DNA of 55,621 nucleotides from a virus. Lineage: Duplodnaviria; Caudoviricetes. The position numbers and the translations under genes are program-made. This document shows positions 1 to 8,400 of this stretch, one piece after another. A model generated the notes under the pieces. It saw nothing but the letters and a program-made list of their open reading frames with translations, was not told the origin of the DNA and searched no databases. The DNA lies in the IMG/VR virus record IMGVR_UViG_3300042327_001345, positions 1 through 55,621 of that record, one strand, 5' to 3'. The first letter of the stretch is position 1. The number at the start of each line of letters is the position of its first letter.

Positions 1-167
1 ACAGGCCCTGTTGCACACAAAGCAAGCCGCCACCATCAACGTGTACGACGCTATCAGCATCATCGAGGGTGACGTTGAAAGCACCGAAGAAGAGGCGCTG
101 GCCGCATGGCAACACCTGCTTGACACCGGCGTTGTGTGGCGTTTGCAGGGCTACTACCAACGCCAGA
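1..167. repeat. Terminal direct repeat (copy 1), 167 bp; indicates circular or terminally redundant assembly
   Basis: 1-167 is identical to 55455-55621 except C127 vs T55581 (ACC/ACT, both Thr). Confidence 0.97.
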
Positions 168-208
168 TCCACGCGCTTGTGGACGCTGGCCTTGTGGAGG
201 TGCGTTAA
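1..208 (+). CDS. 3' part of a small early hypothetical protein that spans the genome junction (true start ATG 55414)
   Basis: Reading through the terminal repeat gives MNQQEFNKAVEADIQALLHTKQAAT...AAWQHLLDTGVVWRLQGYYQRQIHALVDAGLVEVR; GGGG RBS before 55414. Confidence 0.8.
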   Translation, partial: QALLHTKQAATINVYDAISIIEGDVESTEEEALAAWQHLLDTGVVWRLQGYYQRQIHALVDAGLVEVR

Positions 209-516
209 TGTCTGACCATATCGAATCAACCGGCACTTTGATGCTGTGCCGCCACTGCGGTTACAAAACCCAAATCAAGATGGGCACGTTTGCCTACGTG
301 GATTCGCAGATGGCCGCGTTCATTGAATCGCACAGATCTTGCGCCTCGCCGCGCAAGCAAAAGACCGCCTACGAAAAAGCGTTCGACGACGGAGCCGACC
401 ACACGCTTACCCACCTCGACAGCCTGAGCCGCGCCGGTCTGACTTTGGCCGAGGCCCTTGACCGAATTCGGTATAACCCCACAGATCGGTCGGGTAAGGA
501 AACCGACTCGGATTAA
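208..516 (+). CDS. Hypothetical early protein, possible Zn-binding (CRHC...HRSC)
   Basis: ATG at 208 overlaps upstream TAA (TAATG); GGAGG RBS at 196-200. Confidence 0.7.
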   Translation: MSDHIESTGTLMLCRHCGYKTQIKMGTFAYVDSQMAAFIESHRSCASPRKQKTAYEKAFDDGADHTLTHLDSLSRAGLTLAEALDRIRYNPTDRSGKETDSD

Positions 517-564
517 ACTCTGATACACTAAAGCCTCATTCATTTTTTTTAACAGCGAAGGAAA
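500..564 (+). promoter_or_regulatory. Early expression cassette copy 1: palindrome, extended -10 and conserved leader/RBS
   Basis: AAACCGA-C-TCGGATT (500-514), TGaTACACT (521-529), AAAGCCTCATTCA, AACAGCGAAGGAAA (551-564); repeated at 1876 and 55013. Confidence 0.75.
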
Positions 565-569
565 TCACC

Positions 570-1430
570 ATGTACCGTTTTGCATCATCATCTGCCCAAA
601 AAACCCTGCGTAGCCAGACCCCTCTGAGCAACGAGCAAATTGCTCACTACGCACCCAGCGTGACCGCTTTGGCTCCGCACGATCGCGTTTCCGAGCGCTA
701 CACCCACATCCCCACCATCAAGGTCATCGACGGCCTGCGCGATGCTGGCTTCTACCCGTTTGAGGTTCGCCAGACTTTGGTGCGTGACCCAAGCCGCCGC
801 GAGCACACCAAGCACTTGGTTCGCCTGCGCCACCACTCTGCCATTGAGTCCACCGGCAAAGGCGAAGTGGGCGAGATCGTATTGCTCAACAGCCATGACG
901 GCTCGTCGTCTTACCAATTGCTGTCCGGCTTCTTCCGGTTCGTTTGCTCCAACGGTTTGATCGCTGGCGACATCACAAACGACGTGCGCGTTCGCCATAG
1001 TGGCAACGTGGTGGACAACGTCATTGAGGGCGCGACGCGCATTCTCAGCGACTTGGAAGTGGCCCAGTCTCGCGTGGGCGACTACAAAAGCCTGTCGTTG
1101 ACCCATGACGAACAGCGCCTGTTTGCAAACGTGGCCTTGGGCTTGCGTTGGGAGCCAGAGTCTGCGCCCGTGACCGTGGAAAACGTGCTCCGCCCAAGCC
1201 GCTGGGCCGACGCGGGTAGCGACCTGTGGACAACTTTCAACGTGGTGCAGGAAAACCTGATCAAAGGCGGAGTCTCAGGACGCGCTAAAACAGGCCGCAG
1301 GCTGACGACCAAGGCAGTGTCAGGGGTGAGCGAAAACGTCCGCTTAAACCAGTCTCTGTGGGCCTTGGCTGATGGTTTTGCCAAGCTCAAGCAAAACGCT
1401 GTCGAAGTCGAGGAACTGGTGGCGGCATAA
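570..1430 (+). CDS. DUF932 family protein (YafZ/YfjQ/YubP-like)
   Basis: Motifs SERYTHIPT, EHTKHLVRLR, LLNSHDGSSSYQLLSGFFRFVCSNGL, DLWTTFNVVQEN, NVRLNQSLW. Confidence 0.9.
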   Translation: MYRFASSSAQKTLRSQTPLSNEQIAHYAPSVTALAPHDRVSERYTHIPTIKVIDGLRDAGFYPFEVRQTLVRDPSRREHTKHLVRLRHHSAIESTGKGEVGEIVLLNSHDGSSSYQLLSGFFRFVCSNGLIAGDITNDVRVRHSGNVVDNVIEGATRILSDLEVAQSRVGDYKSLSLTHDEQRLFANVALGLRWEPESAPVTVENVLRPSRWADAGSDLWTTFNVVQENLIKGGVSGRAKTGRRLTTKAVSGVSENVRLNQSLWALADGFAKLKQNAVEVEELVAA

Positions 1431-1439
1431 GTCAAGGTC

Positions 1440-1475
1440 AAAAGGTAGGGGGCTTTTGCCCCCCCCCTTTTTTTT
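1440..1475 (+). terminator. Rho-independent terminator after DUF932 gene
   Basis: GGGGGC-TTTT-GCCCCC hairpin followed by C run and 8 T. Confidence 0.7.
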
Positions 1476-1485
1476 GGGAGCTTTC

Positions 1486-1845
1486 ATGATTTCAAGAATG
1501 CAACACGCTATTAAGCTGGCGAACCTTTGCTGGAGCAAGGCCGCGGCTGTGGAGCCGGAATTTGTCGAGCAGTACCTTGCACTTGCCGAAGAACTGCTGA
1601 CGCACAAATCGCTGGTCACCGGCGACGAGTTCAAGCATTTTTGCGCCAGCAAGGGCCTGCGCAGACCGTCAACGCTTCACCCCAACGTCTGGGTGTCCGG
1701 CGTGCGTGCACTGCGGTCTATCGGGTGGATTCACCCCGTGACCAAGGTCGAGCCGACTCGGGCCCACAACCACATGCCCAGCGTCACACAATGGGTTTCC
1801 ATGCTGTACCAAGCCAACCCCAACCAATACCTTTTGCGGCTTTGA
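1486..1845 (+). CDS. Hypothetical early protein
   Basis: GGGAG RBS before ATG 1486, in frame with ORF 1372..1845. Confidence 0.65.
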   Translation: MISRMQHAIKLANLCWSKAAAVEPEFVEQYLALAEELLTHKSLVTGDEFKHFCASKGLRRPSTLHPNVWVSGVRALRSIGWIHPVTKVEPTRAHNHMPSVTQWVSMLYQANPNQYLLRL

Positions 1846-1875
1846 AAATAACCCGCAAAGTTGTACGGAAATGTA

Positions 1876-1935
1876 AATCCGAGTCGGATTAGAGTGTGCT
1901 AAGATAAAGCCTCATTCAACAAACAGCGAAGGAAA
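1876..1935 (+). promoter_or_regulatory. Early expression cassette copy 2
   Basis: Perfect palindrome AATCCGA-G-TCGGATT (1876-1890), TGcTAAGAT (1897-1905), AAAGCCTCATTCA, AACAGCGAAGGAAA (1922-1935). Confidence 0.75.
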
Positions 1936-1940
1936 GCGAA

Positions 1941-2540
1941 ATGGAAGAAAGCCACATTCAGTACCCAGAAGCGTATGCCGCCGCCCGCAGACGCAACATC
2001 ATCCACAACGCACGCAAAACTTGGTTGGCGAGCACGCCGCGTGCCCACGAAATTCTTGACGCGGTTGACGAGGCCCGCAACTACAACGGCAGGGGTGCCA
2101 CAACCTACAAAGAAGGCTTTGCTGGCGCTATGGCCTTTGCCCTTGACACCTATGGCAAGCTCACGCCAAAGCAGTCTGAGGCCGTCTTAAAGGGCATTGA
2201 TGCCCGTGCCGCCCGTAAGGCAGAGTGGGCCAGCAAGCAAGCCGCGCTGGACGCTGATCGGGCGCATGTGGGCGCAGTTGGCGTGAAGGTCACCCTGAAC
2301 CTGACGTGCGTTCACGTTATCAGTTTTGAAAGCAGTTTTGGTACTGTGTTGATCAACATCTGCGAAGACGATGACAAAAACGTAATCATTTACAAGGGTT
2401 GTGCACAGGGCTTTCCCAGCAAGGGCGAAACGGCCACAGTCACCGCCACAGTCAAAGAGCACGGCGTGCGCAATGGTGTCAAGCAAACCGTCATCCAGCG
2501 CCCTAAGGTCGCCAAACAAGCTGAAGAGGTGGCGGCATGA
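1941..2540 (+). CDS. Hypothetical early protein with probable C-terminal OB-fold-like beta domain
   Basis: 199-aa ORF behind cassette 2; HVGAVG...GETATVTATVKEHGVRNGVKQTVIQRPK pattern. Confidence 0.7.
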   Translation: MEESHIQYPEAYAAARRRNIIHNARKTWLASTPRAHEILDAVDEARNYNGRGATTYKEGFAGAMAFALDTYGKLTPKQSEAVLKGIDARAARKAEWASKQAALDADRAHVGAVGVKVTLNLTCVHVISFESSFGTVLINICEDDDKNVIIYKGCAQGFPSKGETATVTATVKEHGVRNGVKQTVIQRPKVAKQAEEVAA

Positions 2541-2752
2541 ATTACGGTGGCCACCACGCAGTTTTTACCAACAAGGTCAAAGAATACGACGCGCACACCT
2601 GCACGCGGGCTTTGGCCGACTGCCATCAAACGCTGGCACTTCACCGTGACCTGCCGACCGACGACCCCTATTACATCAAGCTGTGGGCCGAGATCGACGC
2701 ATTACGCGAACGGCAACTGGCCTTGCAGAAAAAAGCCAAAGCATCCCAATAA
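2537..2752 (+). CDS. Hypothetical early protein
   Basis: ATGA overlap with upstream gene; GAGG RBS. Confidence 0.7.
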   Translation: MNYGGHHAVFTNKVKEYDAHTCTRALADCHQTLALHRDLPTDDPYYIKLWAEIDALRERQLALQKKAKASQ

Positions 2753-2782
2753 ACCCTGAATTCAACAGAGAAGGAAAACCCT

Positions 2783-3151
2783 ATGTACACATCAGTAACC
2801 ATGCACAGAGTAGTTTCCGTGCAAGACCGCACAGTGGATCATTACCAAGAAATGACCGGTCGGAGTTTTTTTGTCAGACATTTTGATATTGAATTTGAAG
2901 ACGGCTCAACGCAATACATTGCCCTGTACGCCAATGAAGAAAAGAACTTGGCATCGTGGAACGTGCCTTCGGAGCCGAACCTGCAATCGGAAGCCAGAAT
3001 CATGGTTCAGGCCGTGCCCGATGACGGCTTGGCCAAATACCGCGAAGACTTGATCGCGCAGATTTCGTACGTGGACGACGAGAGCGCCAAGCACAGCGCC
3101 CGCATGTTGGAATACATAAAAGTTATAGACAGACGATTGGCTGTCGTTTAA
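2783..3151 (+). CDS. Hypothetical early protein
   Basis: Preceded by leader variant AACAGAGAAGGAAA (2764-2777). Confidence 0.75.
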   Translation: MYTSVTMHRVVSVQDRTVDHYQEMTGRSFFVRHFDIEFEDGSTQYIALYANEEKNLASWNVPSEPNLQSEARIMVQAVPDDGLAKYREDLIAQISYVDDESAKHSARMLEYIKVIDRRLAVV

Positions 3152-3160
3152 AATAAAAAC

Positions 3161-3235
3161 AGCGCGGTAGCTCAGTGGTAGAGCGCTCGGTTCATACCCG
3201 AAGGGCCGGAGGTTCAAATCCTCCCTGCGCAACCA
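3161..3235 (+). tRNA. tRNA-Met (CAT) with encoded CCA and A1:A72 mismatch
   Basis: Cloverleaf: AGCGCGG/CTGCGCA, D-arm GCTC-AGTGGTA-GAGC, anticodon loop TTCATAC, T-arm GGAGG-TTCAAAT-CCTCC, ACCA end. Confidence 0.9.
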
Positions 3236-3240
3236 TCAAG

Positions 3241-3339
3241 ACGCATGGGGATTGCGGCTCAGGGCTAGACCGAAAGGATGCTACGCCGTGGACGGGGAGA
3301 GAAGAAGCCCTAGACCGTCCGTGAACAGTCCCCAGCCGT
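3241..3339 (+). ncRNA. Candidate structured RNA between tRNA-Met and the tRNA-like element
   Basis: Nested helices ACG/CGT, TGGGGATTG/CAGTCCCCA, GCGG/CCGT, AGGGCT/AGCCCT, CC-GAAA-GG tetraloop; no credible ORF. Confidence 0.5.
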
Positions 3340-3412
3340 GTTGGTGTAGCTCAGGAGGAGAGCGACCCGGGTTTGGCCGGGGATGACGGAGGTGCGAATC
3401 CTCTCGCCAACA
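3340..3412 (+). tRNA. tRNA-like element or pseudo-tRNA, anticodon undetermined
   Basis: Acceptor GTTGGTG/CGCCAAC, D-arm GCTC-AGGAGGA-GAGC, CCCGG-GTTTGG-CCGGG (6-nt loop), T-arm GGAGG-TGCGAAT-CCTCT; no encoded CCA. Confidence 0.6.
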
Positions 3413-3482
3413 ACCTATAGCGCCCCGAAAGCGAATCGAATACACTGCTAGCATTCGTTCACATTCACGGGGATTACGGGTT

Positions 3483-4082
3483 ATGCCAGAAACCAAGCCA
3501 AAGACGCGCAAGGCCACGCGCCAAGAGAAGATCATCAAGCCGGGCGTTTACGAGACACCAGTAGATGCTCCCGCGCCCGCAAAGGCCCACAAAAAGACAG
3601 GCCGACCTTCCAAGTACGACCCTGAAATAGCCCGGATCATCTGTGAGCAATTAAGCGAAGGTGTTCCCTTGCGCCAGATATGCAGAGACAACGACGGCTT
3701 CCCAGCTTGGCGTACGGTTTACGATTGGATGGGTAAAGATAAAGCGCTTTCCGCATCCATCGCACGCGCACGCGACATTGGCTATGACGCGCTGGCTGAA
3801 GAATGCCTGCTGATTGCTGACACCGTCCAGTTTGGCCAAAAGCAGGTGATGACTGACGAGGGCACAGCGACGACCATCGAAGACATGCTGGGCCACCGCA
3901 AGCTTCAAATCGAGACGCGGCTCAAGCTGTTGGCCAAGTTCCACCCAACCAAATACGGCGACCGCGTGGCCATCGAGGGCGTGGAAGGCGGAGCGTCCAT
4001 TAAGACCGAAGACCTGACGACCACCAGATTGTTTGACATTATTCGCAATATGGAGATGAAGACCCGTGTTGGATCTGCTTGA
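3483..4082 (+). CDS. terS: Terminase small subunit (Sf6 gp1-like HTH)
   Basis: GRPSKY...ICEQLSEGVPLRQIC...PAWRTVYDW...KLQIETRLKLLAK..PTKYGDR; directly upstream of terL. Confidence 0.88.
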   Translation: MPETKPKTRKATRQEKIIKPGVYETPVDAPAPAKAHKKTGRPSKYDPEIARIICEQLSEGVPLRQICRDNDGFPAWRTVYDWMGKDKALSASIARARDIGYDALAEECLLIADTVQFGQKQVMTDEGTATTIEDMLGHRKLQIETRLKLLAKFHPTKYGDRVAIEGVEGGASIKTEDLTTTRLFDIIRNMEMKTRVGSA

Positions 4083-5484
4083 TCGCGACACGGCGACGGA
4101 GTACGAGAACCGACCCGAAACCGACAGGCTGGCAATTGTCAAACATTTGGAATGGGTGGCCAGCGCCAGCCCGCACCAGATTCCGCCTGATCTTGAGCTT
4201 GACTGGGCCGTGTGGCTCCTGTTGGCCGGTAGGGGTGCAGGAAAGACCCGCTGTGCCGCTGAAACGCTATGGTGGTGGGCGTGGATCCACCCGGGTAGCC
4301 GATCGCTTGTGTTGGCCCCTACGTCGAACGACATCAAGCACACATGCATTGAGGGCGAGAGTGGACTGCTGTCGTGCATCCCGCCGCCGCTGTTGAAGCA
4401 TTACAACAAACAAGATCACCTGATAACGCTGGCCAACGGCTCAACCATCCGCGGCATTAGCGCCGACAGCTACGAGCGCCTGCGCGGCCCGCAGTTCCAC
4501 TTCGCGTGGTGCGACGAGCTAGCCGCCTTTGAATACCTGCAAGACGCATGGGACATGATGACGTTTGGCCTGCGCCTTGGCAGAGCGCCCCGGGTCATCG
4601 CCACCACAACGCCTAAGCCAAAAGATCTAATCCTCGAGCTTGTGTCCCGTGAGGGTAAAGACGTGGTGGTAGACCGGGCTTCGACCTACGCCAACATCAG
4701 GAACTTGGCTGAGAAGTTCACCAACAGCCTCGAGCAGTACCGGGGTACAAAGCTGTACAACCAAGAGGTGCTGGGCGAGCTTGTGGATCTGGAAGACGGC
4801 AAGGTCATCAGCCGTGACATGTTCAGCCTGTACCCGGCGTACACCGAAGACGGCCACCCGAACCCGTTCCCCAACTTTGAATACATCGTCATGTCGCTGG
4901 ACTGTGCGTTTTCTGAGAAGACCCACAACGACCCGACCGCCTGCACCGTGTGGGGCGTGTTCAAGCCGCTGGACGGCCCCATGTCCGTGCTCTTGATCGA
5001 CGCATGGGCCGAGCACTTGAGCTTCCCCGACCTGAAGCCGCGGGTCATTGAAGAGTTCCAGACCGCCTATGGCGAAGGCCGTGACGCTAAGCGGCCAGAC
5101 ATCATGGTCATTGAAGACAAGGCCGCAGGCATCAGCCTGATCCAAGAGCTTGGCCGGGCGGGTTTACCCTGTAGGGCGTACAACCCCGGGCGGGCCGACA
5201 AAATGCAACGCCTGCAAATAGCCGCGGCCATCATCACCACCGGGCGCGTATGGATCCCCGAGTCAGAGTCCCGGCCAAACTACGTCAAGACGTGGGCCGA
5301 GGGCTTCGTGGCCCAGATCTGTGCATTCCCGGACGCTGTGCACGACGACTACGTTGATACGGCCACACAGGCACTGCGCATCTTGAAAGACGCTGGTTGG
5401 CTCGACATTGACCCCGCTCCGCGATATGATGACGATGACTTTGTAGACACAAAGCCTGCGCGTGTAAACCCATACTCAGCATAA
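4066..5484 (+). CDS. terL: Terminase large subunit (Terminase_6-type ATPase plus RNase H-like nuclease)
   Basis: Walker A LLAGRGAGKT, LRGPQF, Walker B AWCDE, TTTP coupling motif, nuclease SLDCA and HDDYVD. Confidence 0.95.
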   Translation: MLDLLDRDTATEYENRPETDRLAIVKHLEWVASASPHQIPPDLELDWAVWLLLAGRGAGKTRCAAETLWWWAWIHPGSRSLVLAPTSNDIKHTCIEGESGLLSCIPPPLLKHYNKQDHLITLANGSTIRGISADSYERLRGPQFHFAWCDELAAFEYLQDAWDMMTFGLRLGRAPRVIATTTPKPKDLILELVSREGKDVVVDRASTYANIRNLAEKFTNSLEQYRGTKLYNQEVLGELVDLEDGKVISRDMFSLYPAYTEDGHPNPFPNFEYIVMSLDCAFSEKTHNDPTACTVWGVFKPLDGPMSVLLIDAWAEHLSFPDLKPRVIEEFQTAYGEGRDAKRPDIMVIEDKAAGISLIQELGRAGLPCRAYNPGRADKMQRLQIAAAIITTGRVWIPESESRPNYVKTWAEGFVAQICAFPDAVHDDYVDTATQALRILKDAGWLDIDPAPRYDDDDFVDTKPARVNPYSA

Positions 5485-5488
5485 GACC

Positions 5489-8400
5489 ATGGCCAAAATC
5501 AAACCACTAGCTCGAGCCGCGGATACAAACCCATCAGTCGTCATGTCATTGGCCGACGAGGTGCGTGCAGAGATGGCCGCTGACAAGGCGGCGAAGCTGG
5601 ACAAGAACCAGCTTGAAGCAAAGCGCAAACAGTACGAAGCCAGCAGACCGCCGGTCAAAGCCTCCGAGGCATACGGCCAGCATGAGGGTTCATACATCAA
5701 GCCCATCTTCTACGACCGCATGCAAGTGGATCTGTCCAAGGGCAAGTTTGGTGGCCCCGGATTCTCAGGCATCCAACTGGTTGACCCGGAATATCAAAAG
5801 GCGCGGGCGGTGGCCGGTGTAACCGACCAAAAGATGGCGACACGCCTCATCAACCGCAACAAGGCGCAGGTGCCCAAGGGTGCAAAGGTTATCTGGACAC
5901 CGTCAGTTGGTGGACTCGAGCAACACAAGTCCAACTCCACCATGTTCAGCGAGTTTGCCGACATCTTTGCCAATCAGCGCAAGAACATGTCGCCTGAGGA
6001 GATCCAGAAGCTGAGCGACCGCGCCAGCACCATGACCGACAACAATGGCCGCTTAATCTTTCCCAATGGGATTGACTTAAGTTCGCGCAACTTCCGCAAG
6101 GCTGTCAAAACCTACGACCAACGCGCATTGATGGCCGACATCTTCGCTGGCCGTGGTGTGGGTGGCGAGAAGGGCCGCACGGTTCCGATGGAAGAATTGC
6201 TCCAGAAGAACCTTGACCCCAACATGGCGCAGGCTGGCACGCTCGACTTGGGCAACCGGCTGTTCCGTCTGGACGACAACGTCATAGACCGGCCCGACCT
6301 GCACAGTGATTACCCCAAGATCCTGACGGGCGAAGATCTGGATGTGAACTACCTGCCCACGCCCATTGCCACGGTGTTCGAAGACTTTAAGACGGCCAAG
6401 GAGTTAGAAAAGGGCCGCGACATCACGTTGATGGACTACACCAAAAACGACCCAACCCAATTGCTCACGGAAGATCTGCTGACCAGAATGCAAAAGGCCG
6501 GATACCGTAAGGGTGGGCTGGCCCGCATGAACAAGGGCGGAGCGATGAAGCGACTGTTCGGTATGGGTGACGAATCAGCGCCAGCAATCCGCTCAGGCCA
6601 GACCAGCTTTGATCAGGCCCCGGCCAAGGTGTCGCCACTGTCGATCATGCGCAACGAGCAAACGCCGCTCCCGGTCAATTTCAATGACGAGGAGTTTCGC
6701 AAGCAGGTTGGCCAAGCACTGACCCCATACCCGCCACACTACGAAGCCGCCGCGCTTCGGGCCATTGAAGATCTTGAGGCCGCAAAGATTAAGTTCCCCG
6801 AACAAGCGGCGCACACCCAAGAGCAAATCGATAGGCACGTCAACAACCTGAAGGCCGACCGCGCCGCCCGGCAGTTCGGTGGTAGCCAGTTGTCCAACTA
6901 CATGATCAAGAAAATGGGAACCCCAAGCGATCCCATGCGCAAGTTGGCACAGCAGGGCATCTCGGCAGTTCCGACAGAACTGAAAAAAACCCCCAACGCA
7001 ATTGCAACAAGGGTTGCCGGTAGAAATCCAATGGACGTTGCCAACAAACGGGTAATGACAGCCAACGCCGGACTTCACAGCGCAGGCGTAGAAGGACAGG
7101 TTGCAAAAGAAGCCGGAAAGCCTTTGATACAGGCTCTGAGAGATCCGCAAACAGCCTTGGCCGCAAACATTGAATACGGTCTGGACAGCATGCTTCAGCC
7201 CATTGCTCGCAAAAACGACCTGAGCGCGTCACCAGAGCAGTTGAAATATTTTAAAGAAGATGAAGTGTTTGTCCAGCCTGAGGTGAACCCCCAAGCGTTT
7301 GAAGCGGTTGGATTCACCCGGCTGAGCAAAGAACTGCAAGACGCAATCATCTCCGGCGAGATCCGGCCAGAGCAGGTGTCCAAGATTTCGATGGAAGACT
7401 TGACGCGACGCGTGCACAAAGGCGATGTCAAGCGCGAGCAAGAAGCGCTGGCCGAGAAGAAGCGGTTGGCCGGTGGCCTGTTGACGCATGAGACATATGG
7501 CAACGGGTTCAGTTGGCAAGAGTTCGCCCCCAAGCGCGAGCTACCAGAGGGCTACACGCAAGATGCCTCCGGCGCGTTCATCGACCCCAAAGGTAACAAG
7601 TCTGTAATTCACCCGGGCTACGACAATTTGCAACGGCAACTTGAGGCCGAAGGCGAGATGATGGGCCATTGCGTGGGTGACTACTGCGACAAAGTATGGG
7701 GTGGCGAAACGCGGGTGTTATCACTGCGCGACAAAAATGGCGATCCGCACGTAACCGTCGAAGTCAAACCCAACGGGGATGTCAACCAAATTTACGGCCA
7801 CGGCAACGAAGATGTGATCCCCAAGTACACGGAATATGTGAAGGACTACCTGAACAAAGGTAGCTTTGGGAATGTCGATCTGAGCACCGTCCCCGGCCTC
7901 TATGACACGGAATTCAGGGTGTATGGCGGCGCTCGATACGAGCCACTGCCGGGCCATAAACCCCTTTCGCTTGATAAGCATTCAATCAAGCCAATGATCC
8001 GCGACATACTCAAAGGCAAGGGCTTCAACGTCAACCGGTTTGTGAACGAAAAAGAGCGAGCAGAGGTGCGCAAGGCACTCAGCGAAATAACCGAAGACGA
8101 CTACAACAGGTACATGGACGCAAAGTTTGGGGCAGGCTCCGAACGGTTGCCTTTCCAGACCGCGATGCCGCAAGAGTTCAACAAAGGTGGCCTTGCAAAG
8201 AAATTGCTTGGCGCGGCCAAGGAGCCGAAATCCTACGGCGCAGTCGATGAGATGGTTGCCAAGGTTGGAGCCGAAGGCCGGTCACCAATCGTGCCGGTTC
8301 CCAATCGCTGGTTCCTGTACCCCGACAAGTTCCCCAACCAACAAAAGCTGGTGGAGCGCATTCTGGCCACCACCGGCAAGCGTCGCTTGGATTTCCCCTC

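Noticed and set aside
1-167. T7-like physical direct terminal repeats
   Set aside because: The repeat interrupts a coding sequence and has no terminus-like features; more consistent with assembly overlap
136-207. Extended N-termini given in the ORF track (136, 1372, 17733, 19780, 22337, 28011, 31888, 52623, 53088)
   Set aside because: They overlap upstream genes or terminators; downstream starts have clear RBS or stop-start coupling
3281-3538. Minus-strand ORFs over the tRNA cluster (2906..3232, 3281..3538)
   Set aside because: They overlap tRNA-structured sequence on the plus strand; the translations are typical tRNA antisense artefacts
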